Shown piece after piece: positions 1 through 9,102 of a DNA stretch of 25,094 bases. A program made the position numbers and the translations under genes. The DNA lies in assembly GCA_037446635.1 (NCBI GenBank), contig JBBIIG010000045.1, positions 7,206 through 32,299 of the forward strand, written 5' to 3'. This stretch comes from a bacterium. GTDB taxonomy: Bacteria; Zhuqueibacterota; Zhuqueibacteria; Oceanimicrobiales; Oceanimicrobiaceae. Within the stretch, counting starts at the first letter, position 1. Each line of letters starts with the position of its first letter. Below the pieces are notes generated by a model. The model was not told where the DNA came from. It saw only the letters and a list, made by a program, of their open reading frames with translations, and did not search any database.

Positions 1-26
1 AGAACCTAAAAAATAAAAGGACGATT

Positions 27-1888
27 ATGAACCATTCGATCCGAATTTTGCAAATCGGCGCTTTGATCTTATCACTGTTTGCGTGCAAGCAGGAGCCGGG
101 TGATATGCCATCCCAATCGCAAGCAACCGACCCCCACTCATTTTCCCGCCCCGACGAGGTGATCGTCAGGCATCTCAATCTCGATGTGACCGTGGATTTT
201 ATGGCGCGGCAAATTTCCGGCAGAGCGTCGCTGGCCATTGCAAACAAAACCGGCGCGCGCCAACTCATTTTGGACTCGCGAGACCTTCGCATTGAGCGCG
301 TAACTTTGGATGACGCCGAAAGCGAAACCACGTTCAGACTCGGCGAGCCCCAACCCTATCTCGGCCAGGCGCTCACGATTACCATTTCTCCCGAAACCAA
401 AGTGGTGCACATTTATTATGCCACCAGCCCGCAGGCTGCCGCGCTGCAGTGGCTGACGCCGGAACAAACTGCCGGCAAAAAACATCCGTTTCTATTCACG
501 CAGTCGCAGGCGATTTTGGCGCGCACCTGGGTTCCTTGTCAGGACAGCCCCGGCGTGCCGCAACACTCAAAACCGATCCCAACCTGCTGGCGGTGATGAG
601 CGCGGAAAACCCCACGCAAAAAAAAACCGACGGCGTTTACACATTCGAAATGCCGCAGCCCATTCCCTCGTATCTGTTGGCGCTGGCGGTGGGGGATTTG
701 GAATTCCGCGAAATCGGCCCGCGCAGCGGCGTATATGCCGAACCTGCGGTGGTTGAAAAAGCGGCGTGGGAGTTGGCGGATACCGAGAAAATGATGGCCG
801 CTGCTGAACGTTTGTACGGCCCCTATCGCTGGGGCCGCTACGACCTCCTCATTCTCCCGCCCAGTTTTCCGTTTGGAGGAATGGAAAATCCGCGGCTGAC
901 GTTCCTTACTCCCACCATTTTGGCTGGTGATCGCTCGCTGGTGGCGCTGGTGGCGCACGAGCTGGCGCACTCGTGGTCCGGCAATCTCGTCACCAACGCC
1001 ACCTGGAACGATTTCTGGCTCAACGAAGGCTTCACCACTTACCTCGAAAATCGCATTATGGAAGAAATCTATGGGAAAGAATATGCGGACATGTTGGCCG
1101 TGCTCAGTTTTCAAAACTGGCAGAAAGAGTTGGAAAATCTCGGAGCGGAAAGCGCAGACACGCATCTGCGTTTGAATCTCGCCGGCCGCGATCCGGATGA
1201 TGGCATGACCGACATCGCATACGAAAAAGGGTTCTACTTTTTGAAAACGCTCGAGCACGCGTTTGGCCGGGAAAAGTGGGATGCGTTTCTGCGAGACTAC
1301 TTCGACCAATTCGCTTTTCAAACCATGACCTCCGCCCGGTTTGTGGAGCATCTGCAACAGGAACGGATCAAAGGCAATACGGAATTGGCGGAGAGCCTGC
1401 AAATTGACGCCTGGCTCTATGGCCCGGGCGTACCTTCGAATGTTGTGCGCATGGAATCAGTTGCTTTTGCCAAAGTGGAGGCGCAGTTGCAAAGTTGGCT
1501 GGCCGGCACACCAGCAAAAAATCTCGACGTCTCCAACTGGACTACGCACCACTGGCTGCACTTCCTGCGCAATTTGCCGGACTCATTGAGCAAAACTAAA
1601 ATAGCTGAATTGGATGCCACGTTCGGATTTAGCCAAACTGGAAATTCGGAAATCCGCTTTGAGTGGCTCATGCAGTGTATCAAAAATCAGTATGAGCCGG
1701 CGTATCCAGTTTTAGAACAATTTCTCACCGGCATGGGACGGCGCAAATTCCTGGAACCGCTCTACAAGGAGTTGGCAAAATCGCCGGCGGGTCTGACGCG
1801 TGCAAAATCAATATATGAGAAAGCGCGGCCAACTTATCACTCATTGGCCGTTAGCACTGTTGACAAAATTCTGAATTGGGAGATTTAA
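27..1888 (+). pseudogene. M1 family zinc aminopeptidase (leukotriene A4 hydrolase-like), predicted lipoprotein, frameshifted at about 555-560
   Basis: The N-terminal part (27..~557) has a lipobox-like signal (LILSLFAC) and M1 N-domain motifs (DPHSFS, ALQWLTPEQTAGKKHPFLFTQSQAILARTWVPCQDSPGV). The C-terminal part, in the 449..1888 frame, has GGMEN and HELAH-18x-E (NEG). The two halves are in different frames. This could be a real lesion or an assembly error. Confidence 0.85.
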
Positions 1889-1904
1889 GGAAGAACAGAT
1901 TATG

Positions 1905-1932
1905 CTCGTTCCCTAGCAAACTTGGGAACAAG
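1905..1932. repeat. Short imperfect palindrome (REP-like or terminator hairpin) after the aminopeptidase stop
   Basis: CTCGTTCCCTAG-CAAA-CTTGGGAACAAG. Confidence 0.5.
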
Positions 1933-1940
1933 ACGTAACG

Positions 1941-2116
1941 GGGCTGTCCAAAAAAAGAATGCCACTGCGAGGCGCTGTTCGCCTGCCCGCCAAAGGCCTT
2001 AGGCAGGCGGGCCGAAGCAGCCTCCAAGCTCAAAATCAGCAGATCCCCTCACAAAAAGCGTTCGCCTGCCTGCGCAGGCAGGCGATGACATTTATTGCAT
2101 ACTTTTGGGACAGCCC
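1941..2116. repeat. Composite palindromic element with GGGCTGTCC terminal inverted repeats and two nested GCCTGCC palindromes
   Basis: Ends are GGGCTGTCCAAAAA / TTTTGGGACAGCCC, the same as the element at 8768-8902. The core is TGCCACTGCGAG...CGAAGCAGCCTC...AGATCCCCTC...GCGATGACA. Nested hairpins lie at 1981-2012 and 2064-2083. Confidence 0.8.
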
Positions 2117-2190
2117 TCTTTTAGTGGTAATAGTGGTAATAACCCCTGGAGCAACGCGCAGTCCTAAACTGCTTTTTTGAGGTGTGAAAA

Positions 2191-2216
2191 GTAGCGCAAC
2201 ATTAATGTTGCATTAC
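2191..2216. repeat. GTAG-type REP-like palindrome overlapping the hisI stop codon
   Basis: GTAGCGCAACATT-AATGTTGCATTAC, 13-bp arms with 2 mismatches. Confidence 0.6.
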
Positions 2217-2530
2217 AACAACATCCGGAAAAAACAACTCCGATTCCCCGTGTGACACGCAACCCCAATCTGCTCCACCTCCAGCAGCAGCGTGTCGCCG
2301 TCGCAATCGTATTTGATCGACTTCACCAGTTGGTAATGTCCACTGGTTTCTCCCTTCTGCCACAGCTTTTGTCGCGATCGCGAAAAATAGCAGGCTTTGC
2401 GATCGCGAATCGTCAATTCCAAGCTTTCGCGATTCATGTACGCCAGCATCAGCACTTCTTTGGTAGCAGCGTCCTGCACCACCGCCGGCATGAGTCCGCG
2501 CTCATCGAATTGGAGCTCGTTGAGATTCAT
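2213..2530 (-). CDS. hisI: Phosphoribosyl-AMP cyclohydrolase (monofunctional, no HisE domain)
   Basis: [18 protein letters not shown] and DCDGD...[10 protein letters not shown] motifs; 105 aa; ATGA overlap with hisF. Confidence 0.95.
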   Translation of the reverse strand: MNLNELQFDERGLMPAVVQDAATKEVLMLAYMNRESLELTIRDRKACYFSRSRQKLWQKGETSGHYQLVKSIKYDCDGDTLLLEVEQIGVACHTGNRSCFFRMLL

Positions 2531-3285
2531 TTTCGCACCGGAATGTTTTTGTTTGCGAGATAATTTTTGACTTCCGCAATTCTCAATTTTCGAAAATGGA
2601 AAATGGTTGCCGCCAACGCGGCGTCGGCTTGTCCTTTCAAAAATACTTCCTCGAAATGATGCAGGTCGCCGCCGCCGCCCGAAGCGATCACCGGAATTTT
2701 CACGGCAGTGGAAATTTGCCGTGTGATCTCAAGATCGAACCCTTGTGTTGTGCCATCGCAATCCATACTAGTGAGCAAGATTTCGCCGGCCCCCAATTCC
2801 TCGACTCGCTTCGCCCAGGTCAGCGCCTCGATTCCCGTGGCCTGACTGCCGCCATGAGTATACACTTCCCAGCGATTCGGAGAAGTTTGTTTGACATCAA
2901 TTGCTAGCACCACACATTGCGAACCGAAGGCCTCCGCAGCTTTTGTAATCAACGTCGGTTCCGCAACCGCGGCCGTGTTGAGCGAAATTTTATCGGCGCC
3001 GCGCGAAAGAATTTCGCGGATTTCAGACAAAGAGCGGAGACCGCCGCCAATGGTGAATGGGATGAACACGCTGCGCGACAATTTCTCCACTAGATCAAAC
3101 ATCAGCGACCGCTTTTCTTTCGAGGCGGTGATGTCGAGGAACACCAGCTCATCCGCGCGCTCCTCGACATAATATTTTGCTAGCGCAACCGGATCGCCGG
3201 CGTCGCGCAAATTCTCAAATTGCACGCCTTTCACCACGCGACCTTCCATCACATCTAAACAGGGGATGATGCGCCGCGCCAGCAT
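2527..3285 (-). CDS. hisF: Imidazole glycerol phosphate synthase cyclase subunit
   Basis: [43 protein letters not shown]; start overlaps the hisA stop. Confidence 0.97.
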   Translation of the reverse strand: MLARRIIPCLDVMEGRVVKGVQFENLRDAGDPVALAKYYVEERADELVFLDITASKEKRSLMFDLVEKLSRSVFIPFTIGGGLRSLSEIREILSRGADKISLNTAAVAEPTLITKAAEAFGSQCVVLAIDVKQTSPNRWEVYTHGGSQATGIEALTWAKRVEELGAGEILLTSMDCDGTTQGFDLEITRQISTAVKIPVIASGGGGDLHHFEEVFLKGQADAALAATIFHFRKLRIAEVKNYLANKNIPVRK

Positions 3286-3998
3286 CACAACACCTCTTCA
3301 GGCTGAATGCGGCCTTCGTAAAACGCGCGTCCGACGATCACACTGTCCACGCCAAATGGCGCTAATTTTTGCAGCGCATCCAAATCTGCTTTTGAAGAAA
3401 TTCCCCCTGAAGCGGTGACCCTCAGACCGGTCGCCACCGCCAACTCTTTTGTACTTTCAATTGCCGGGCCCTGCAACATGCCATCGCGGGCGATGTCCGT
3501 GTAAAGCACACGGTTCAAGCCGGCGGATTTGAATTGCCGCGCTAATTCCACCGCCGGGAGTTCAGTTTCCTGCTGCCACCCTTCAATCGCCACACGTCCG
3601 TCGCGCGCATCGACCGCCAGCGTCAGCCGCTCTGGCCGGTATGTTTTCAATGCCTCCAAAACAAGCTGCGGATTTTTGACCGCGGCGGTCCCGATCACAA
3701 TCCGCTGCACGCCGCGATTGAACCAAAACTCAATTTGCTCCAGCGTGCGAATGCCCCCACCCAACTGCACGGGAATTTGCACTGCGGCTAAAATCCTTTC
3801 GATCACTTCAACGTTTATTGAGCCAAGGCCCGCTGTAGCATCCAAATCGACGACGTGCAAAAGTACCGCGCCGGCGCTTTGAAATCGAAGAGCCACCACT
3901 TCGGGTTGCGCGGAGTAAATTGTCAATCGCGAAAACTCACCTTGCTGCAAGCGCACACACTTTCCATTTTTGATGTCAATCGCCGGAATCACCAACAT
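3285..3998 (-). CDS. hisA: ProFAR isomerase
   Basis: [43 protein letters not shown] at 3998 with GGAG upstream. Confidence 0.96.
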   Translation of the reverse strand: MLVIPAIDIKNGKCVRLQQGEFSRLTIYSAQPEVVALRFQSAGAVLLHVVDLDATAGLGSINVEVIERILAAVQIPVQLGGGIRTLEQIEFWFNRGVQRIVIGTAAVKNPQLVLEALKTYRPERLTLAVDARDGRVAIEGWQQETELPAVELARQFKSAGLNRVLYTDIARDGMLQGPAIESTKELAVATGLRVTASGGISSKADLDALQKLAPFGVDSVIVGRAFYEGRIQPEEVL

Positions 3999-3999
3999 C

Positions 4000-4599
4000 T
4001 CACATCTCCGCAAAATTTTTCAAAATTTGCAATCCGAATTCCTGGCTTTTCTCCGGGTGAAACTGCACGCCGAAAACATTCTCTTTTTCCACGATTGCCG
4101 TGAATGAATGACCATAATCCGCGGTGGCTACGGCAACCTTCGAATCGCCCGGTTCGCAAAAATAGGAATGCACAAAGTACGCATGACGCGATATCGGCAG
4201 ATTTTTCAGTAATCGCGATTCGCGCTGAATCTGAATTTCATTCCAGCCAATTTGCGGCACCTTGAGACTCGCATCAAAACGCTTCACCTCCCCGACGATG
4301 ACATTCAATCCGGGAGTCGGCTGCCCCTCTTCGCTGCGGGTGAAAAAAAGCTGCATGCCCAAACAGATTCCTAAAATGGGAACACCCGCACGAATTCGTT
4401 CCAGTAACGCGGTTTTCAAATTCAGAGCGCGCAGATTTTTCATGGCGTAAAAAAATGCGCCTACGCCGGGCAGCACCAATTTCGGCGCGCAAGAAATTTC
4501 TTCTGGCGTGTTGATGCGCCGCGTCTCGATACGTAAATGTTCAAATGCGTTTTCGAGGCTGCGCAAATTGCCGACACCGTAGTCAACTATGGCGATCAT
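4000..4599 (-). CDS. hisH: Imidazole glycerol phosphate synthase glutamine amidotransferase subunit
   Basis: IVDYGVGNL, LPGVGAF, GICLGMQ, YFVHSY, QFHPEKS catalytic triad motifs. Confidence 0.97.
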   Translation of the reverse strand: MIAIVDYGVGNLRSLENAFEHLRIETRRINTPEEISCAPKLVLPGVGAFFYAMKNLRALNLKTALLERIRAGVPILGICLGMQLFFTRSEEGQPTPGLNVIVGEVKRFDASLKVPQIGWNEIQIQRESRLLKNLPISRHAYFVHSYFCEPGDSKVAVATADYGHSFTAIVEKENVFGVQFHPEKSQEFGLQILKNFAEM

Positions 4600-5183
4600 G
4601 CCAACACTCCTTTGGATGACGCCGTCCCTTTACGAAGCGGTGAGGGTTGCACCGCTTGTCGCAACGCTAGCGCCGTCGCTTTGAAAATGCTCTCGATCTG
4701 ATGATGCGTGTTTTCGCCGTACAAAAGCTGCACGTGCAAATTGATGAACGCGTGGTTGACGAACGCTTGCAAAAATTCTTTCACCAGCTCCGTGTCAAAT
4801 TCGCCAACCTTGCTCTTTGAGAAGGCCGCACTAAAAACCAGCGTTGGCCGTCCAGAAATATCCACCACTGCACGGGCCAGCGACTCGTCCATGGGCACAT
4901 ACGCGGAGCCGTAACGCACAATGGCGCGGTCCGCTGGCAGGCTTTGTTTGAACGCCTGTCCTAAAACGATGCCAACATCTTCCACTGTGTGATGAGCATC
5001 CACGTGTAAATCGCCGCTGCATTTGATTTCAAGATCCAATCCGCTGTGAAACGCTAGCAGCGTCATCATGTGATCAAAAAATCCGACGCCAGTTTTGATT
5101 TCGCTCTTTCCTTCGCCGTAAAGTTCGATTTTGAGAACAATATCGGTCTCATGGGTTTTGCGAGTGATGGTGGTTTTGGACAT
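4596..5183 (-). CDS. hisB: Imidazoleglycerol-phosphate dehydratase (monofunctional)
   Basis: RKTHETDI, GFFDHM, DAHHTVED, NTHHQIES; no N-terminal HAD phosphatase domain; start set at MSKTT. Confidence 0.96.
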   Translation of the reverse strand: MSKTTITRKTHETDIVLKIELYGEGKSEIKTGVGFFDHMMTLLAFHSGLDLEIKCSGDLHVDAHHTVEDVGIVLGQAFKQSLPADRAIVRYGSAYVPMDESLARAVVDISGRPTLVFSAAFSKSKVGEFDTELVKEFLQAFVNHAFINLHVQLLYGENTHHQIESIFKATALALRQAVQPSPLRKGTASSKGVLA

Positions 5184-5222
5184 GAACTTATTCCTTTCTA
5201 ACTTGATCGCGCAGAATAATAT

Positions 5223-5369
5223 TGTCATTCCTCACCCGACGAAAAGCGTCCGGTGAGGAATCTGGCGGAGCACCAAATCATTTTGTATCCTATCAACTAC
5301 GAGCGCACTCACCCGAAGCGACTCTCCGCCAGATTTCTCGACTCCGCTGCGCTTCGTCTCGAAATGACA
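5223..5369. repeat. TGTCATT...AATGACA palindromic element in the hisC-hisB spacer
   Basis: Terminal TGTCATT/AATGACA; internal perfect pair AATCTGGCGGAG (5259-5270) / CTCCGCCAGATT (5324-5335); sub-hairpin ATTCCTCACC...GGTGAGGAAT. Confidence 0.75.
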
Positions 5370-5381
5370 TTTTCAAAAAAG

Positions 5382-6467
5382 TTACTTCAAATCCAAAAGG
5401 GCTCGTTTTAAAGCCTGAACACACGCCTCATTCTCCGCGCGCGTCCCGACACTGATGCGCAGCTTCTTTTGCAGCCGCGGATGGTAACCGGAGATGTCGC
5501 GTATCAGCACGCCCTGCTCGCTCATCACTTCAAAAACGGCATCTGATGAAAACGGCGTTCCGATCATAAAAAAGTTCGCGGCCGATGGAAATACGCTGAC
5601 GCCGTCGATGGCTTCCAATTCCCGATAGAGCCACTCTTTCTCACGCTGTAATTGCCGGATACGTTGGGTGACCACCTCCGGATGCTCGAGCACTTTGCAG
5701 GCGACGGTCTCGCTGAGAATGTTGAGGTTATACGGCAGCTTCACTTTTCGAAACTCGGCGACCAAATTGGGATGCGTGATCAAATAGCCGACGCGCAGTC
5801 CAGCCAATCCCAGCGCTTTTGAAAACGTGCGTGTGATGATGAGATTCTCAAATTCGTTTTGCAGCGGCAGCGCACTCCTTTCGGCAAACTCAAAATAGGC
5901 TTCGTCAACAACAACCAGCCCCGCGGCCGCGCGCAAAATTTCAGCGAGACCTTCTATCGCCAGCAACGCGCCGGTGGGACTATTGGGCGAACACAACACG
6001 CACAATTCCGGCTGATTCACTTTCAGCGCTGATAAAATTCTCTCGACTGGAAATGACCAGTCGGCTTCAAATTCCAACGCCAGCAATTCCGCTTCAAAAA
6101 CGCGCGCGATTTGCTGATAAATGGGAAACGTTGGAACCACGGTCAACAACTTTTTGTGGGTGGATAGAGTTGCCGTGAAAATCATTTGCAGGATTTCATT
6201 CGAGCCGTTGCCGATCAGCAGTCGCTGCGGTTCAACATTCAAATGGGCCGCCAATTTTTCCTGCAAACGATTTCTTGAAAAATCCGGGTAACGATTCCAC
6301 GAAATTTTTTGCAGTTCATCGGCGATCGCCGTTTTCAGCCACTGCGGCAAATCCTCGGGATGCTCGTTTTGGTTGAGCTTGATTTTATATTCGCGCGATG
6401 GCAAATGATAGGGAGAAATCGCGCGAACCGCCAGCCGGATTGCGGTCAAACAATCATCTGCTTTCAT
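5382..6467 (-). CDS. hisC: Histidinol-phosphate aminotransferase
   Basis: KLNQNEHP, GNGSNE, SPNSPTG, VVDEAY, RTFSKALGLAGLRVGY (PLP lysine); start set at MKADD. Confidence 0.93.
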   Translation of the reverse strand: MKADDCLTAIRLAVRAISPYHLPSREYKIKLNQNEHPEDLPQWLKTAIADELQKISWNRYPDFSRNRLQEKLAAHLNVEPQRLLIGNGSNEILQMIFTATLSTHKKLLTVVPTFPIYQQIARVFEAELLALEFEADWSFPVERILSALKVNQPELCVLCSPNSPTGALLAIEGLAEILRAAAGLVVVDEAYFEFAERSALPLQNEFENLIITRTFSKALGLAGLRVGYLITHPNLVAEFRKVKLPYNLNILSETVACKVLEHPEVVTQRIRQLQREKEWLYRELEAIDGVSVFPSAANFFMIGTPFSSDAVFEVMSEQGVLIRDISGYHPRLQKKLRISVGTRAENEACVQALKRALLDLK

Positions 6468-6513
6468 AAACTTTGAAAAAAATGAATACGCGTTCTGTAA
6501 ACTTCGTGAATTA

Positions 6514-7782
6514 TCAAGACCGGCACTCGATTGAGAATTGGTGATTGTACAATCCTTCCAACTCCGCAAAACGGGCAATGTGCTTGGCGTCGCTGCGGAA
6601 GCGTTCTTTTGAATATTGCACCAGCGATGAAAATTTCATGAAGTCCCACACGCTCAGCGGCGAGGCGAAGCGCGCGCTAGCGGCGGTTGGTAAAACATGA
6701 TTCGACCCAGCGAAATAATCACCGATTGCCACGGGAGAAAATTCGCCCACGAAAATCGCGCCGGCGTTGCGCATCTGCGGCCATACTTGATCGAGATTCT
6801 CTGTCATAATCTGCACATGTTCCGGTGCTATTTGATTGACGACGCGTGCTGCTTCCGCGATGTCATTTACCAAAATAACCGCGCCGGCATTCGTTAAGGA
6901 TTTTTGCAATATTTCTTTGCGCGGAAGCCCGGGTAACAACTGTTCAATAATTTTGGCAACCGCGCTCGTCAGCTTCTTGGATGGCGTAATCAAAAGCGCT
7001 CGCGCATCGGGATCATGCTCGGCCTGCGCCAGCAAATCGCGCGCGATATATTGCGGATTGGCGCTGTCATCGGCCAACACCACGACTTCGGAAGGACCCG
7101 CCAGACTATCGATGCCCACGTCACCAAAAACTTGACGTTTCGCTTCGTTGACAAAAGCATTTCCGGGACCGACAATTTTATCAACCGGTGGAATGGACTT
7201 TGTGCCGTACGCTAACGCGGCGATCGCCTGCGCCCCGCCCACGGTGTAAATCTCGTTGATTCCCAGAAGTCTTGCAACCGCCAACACCAATTGATTGGCA
7301 CCACCTTCGCGCGTTGGCGGCGACACCAGCGCGATGCGCTCGACGCCGGCAATTTGCGCCGGCATCACGGTCATGATCACCGTCGAAGGATACGCCGCAC
7401 GTCCGCCTGGAACATATACGCCGACGTTTTGCATCGGAGTGAATTGTAAACCCCGGCGCGAACCATCCGGCAACGTTTCGAGCCATGACTTCGGCAGCTG
7501 ATTTTCATGGAATCTACGGACATTCTCGATGGCGCGTTCAAAGATCCGGCGAATCTCCGCATCTAATTTCTGCAAACTGTCATCGAGCAGAGGTTGCGGC
7601 ACTCGAAGCGACGGCAGTTTGACACCATCGAATTTCTCGGTGAGTTGTGTCAACGCGCGATCGCCATCGCGCCGCACGCGGGCGATGATGTCGGAAACGT
7701 GCTGCCGCAATTGCTGAGTGTCAGCAGCGGTCGCTTTTTGAATTTTAATAAACTCGTCCGGTGAAGAATAGATTTTCAGCAT
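6514..7782 (-). CDS. hisD: Histidinol dehydrogenase
   Basis: GVYVPGG, GGAQAIAALAYGT, KIVGPGN, AGPSE, QAEH, GDYFAGSNHVLPT; alternative TTG start at 7797. Confidence 0.96.
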   Translation of the reverse strand: MLKIYSSPDEFIKIQKATAADTQQLRQHVSDIIARVRRDGDRALTQLTEKFDGVKLPSLRVPQPLLDDSLQKLDAEIRRIFERAIENVRRFHENQLPKSWLETLPDGSRRGLQFTPMQNVGVYVPGGRAAYPSTVIMTVMPAQIAGVERIALVSPPTREGGANQLVLAVARLLGINEIYTVGGAQAIAALAYGTKSIPPVDKIVGPGNAFVNEAKRQVFGDVGIDSLAGPSEVVVLADDSANPQYIARDLLAQAEHDPDARALLITPSKKLTSAVAKIIEQLLPGLPRKEILQKSLTNAGAVILVNDIAEAARVVNQIAPEHVQIMTENLDQVWPQMRNAGAIFVGEFSPVAIGDYFAGSNHVLPTAASARFASPLSVWDFMKFSSLVQYSKERFRSDAKHIARFAELEGLYNHQFSIECRS

Positions 7783-7834
7783 ATCGGTAAAAGGCAATCC
7801 TGTAGGCGACGAGACTCGCCCCCTATTAGTCTGG

Positions 7835-8704
7835 TTAGTAAATCACTTTGTTCAGCGGGTACTCAATGATATCTTCTGCACCGGCTTTTTTCAACAGTGG
7901 CAGAAGTTTGCGCACCACTTTTTCATCGAGGATGGTTTCGAGCGCCACCCAGTCGTTGCCCACCAGCGGCGCGATGGTGGGGCGCTTCATCGCGGGTAAA
8001 ACTTTTTGCACGTTTTCGAGATCGGTTTTGCGGACGTTCAATTTCAAGCCGACCTTGCCGCTGGCGTGAATCGCGCCCTGCATGAGCATCGCAAGGCTCT
8101 GAATTTTCTCGCGCTTCCACTCGTCGCGAACACTCTCGAAGTTGGCAATCAGCCGCACAGTGGACTCTAAAACCGTATCCACGATGCGCAGCTTGTTGGC
8201 GCGCAGCGAGGCGCCGCTTTCGGTGATCTCCACGATGGCATCGACCAGCTCCGGCGTCTTCGCTTCCGTGGCGCCCCACGAAAATTCTACCTCAGCAGTA
8301 ACGCCGTGCTTCTCCAGGTATTTTTTGGTGATGTTCACCACCTCGGTGGCAATGCGCTTGCCATTTAAATCTTTCACCGTTTGAATTTGCGAATTTTCCG
8401 GCACCGCCACCACCCAGCGCACTGGCCGAAAACTTACTTTCGAGTAAATCAGCTCTGCAACCTCAACCACTTCGACGCCATTTTCAATAATCCAATCCTT
8501 GCCGGTGATGCCAACATCTAGCACACCATCAGCGACGTATTTAGCCATCTCTTGCGCGCGGATCAAAATCGCCTGCAGTTCCTCGTCGTCGCTGGCGGGA
8601 AAATAGGCGCGCTCGCGGATGTAAAAATTGAACCCGGCTTTGCTGAGCAGAATCAGCGTTGCCTCCTGCAAGCTGCCTTTTGGCAAACCAATTTTGAGCA
8701 TCAT
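7835..8704 (-). CDS. hisG: ATP phosphoribosyltransferase, long form
   Basis: [44 protein letters not shown] and a C-terminal regulatory domain; AGGAG 7 nt before ATG at 8704. The ORF-track extension to 8875 runs through a repeat element. Confidence 0.95.
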   Translation of the reverse strand: MMLKIGLPKGSLQEATLILLSKAGFNFYIRERAYFPASDDEELQAILIRAQEMAKYVADGVLDVGITGKDWIIENGVEVVEVAELIYSKVSFRPVRWVVAVPENSQIQTVKDLNGKRIATEVVNITKKYLEKHGVTAEVEFSWGATEAKTPELVDAIVEITESGASLRANKLRIVDTVLESTVRLIANFESVRDEWKREKIQSLAMLMQGAIHASGKVGLKLNVRKTDLENVQKVLPAMKRPTIAPLVGNDWVALETILDEKVVRKLLPLLKKAGAEDIIEYPLNKVIY

Positions 8705-8767
8705 CACCTTTCTCCTGTCGCGAGTTTGGCAGTGTTGAGTGCCAAACTTCAGTTTGGCATATTTAAA

Positions 8768-8902
8768 TGGGGCTGTCCAAAAAGTCCATCTGTCACTCCC
8801 GCATGTTTTTAGCGGGAGTCTATAAGTTGCTGTTTTCATGGATGACCGCAAAAAGCATGCGGGCATGACATTCAACGAAAATCGACTTTTTGGACAGCCC
8901 CA
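8768..8902. repeat. MITE/REPIN-like palindromic element with perfect 19-bp terminal inverted repeats in the his 5' UTR
   Basis: TGGGGCTGTCCAAAAAGTC (8768-8786) / GACTTTTTGGACAGCCCCA (8884-8902); inner arms TGTCACTCCCGCATG...CATGCGGGCATGACA. Confidence 0.85.
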
Positions 8903-8910
8903 CTCCGTTC

Positions 8911-8949
8911 AAAATAAAAAAACCCACTACCTGGTTCAGATAGTGGGTT
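8911..8949 (-). terminator. Intrinsic terminator of the his attenuator
   Basis: Minus strand AACCCACTATCTG-AAC-CAGGTAGTGGGTT followed by TTTTTATTTT. Confidence 0.9.
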
Positions 8950-8975
8950 GATTGGTGAATTCGGTTATGATTATT

Positions 8976-9077
8976 TCATTGGATGGTTGGCAAATCGGTA
9001 ACACCCACTATCGTTGCGAAATGATGATGGTGATGATGAATATGAGAGTGGATGTTGTTGGCCAATGAATTTTTCAT
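8976..9077 (-). CDS. hisL: His operon leader peptide MKNSLANNIHSHIHHHHHHFATIVGVTDLPTIQ
   Basis: 33-codon ORF translated by hand, with 8 His codons (6 consecutive), between the promoter and the terminator upstream of hisG. Confidence 0.88.
   Translation of the reverse strand: MKNSLANNIHSHIHHHHHHFATIVGVTDLPTIQ
9003..9012 (-). promoter_or_regulatory. Antiterminator segment of the his attenuator
   Basis: Minus-strand GATAGTGGGT is perfectly complementary (10 bp) to the terminator 5' arm ACCCACTATC (8948-8939). Confidence 0.82.
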
Positions 9078-9102
9078 TCTGAATTTCTGTGAACGTTGGC
9101 GC

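Noticed and set aside
618..626. A-run as the slippage or phase-variation site of the aminopeptidase
   Set aside because: The frame switch is about 60 nt upstream, and the family-like frame reads through the run unchanged.
1959..2180. Small ORFs at 1959..2180, 1851..2033 and 5222..5455
   Set aside because: They are translations of palindromic repeat elements, with no RBS or family features.
7802..7826. GTAGGCGACGAGACTCGCCCCCTAT between hisG and hisD as a terminator or REP
   Set aside because: The pairing is short and imperfect, there is no U-tract, and there is no second copy in the window.
8705..8875. 57-aa N-terminal extension of HisG in the ORF track
   Set aside because: It runs through the palindromic element. 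Family similarity and the RBS indicate a start at 8704.
1941..8902. Composite transposon carrying the his operon between the two TIR elements
   Set aside because: There is no transposase or flanking target duplication, and the promoter and attenuator lie outside the bracket, which fits independent insertions.
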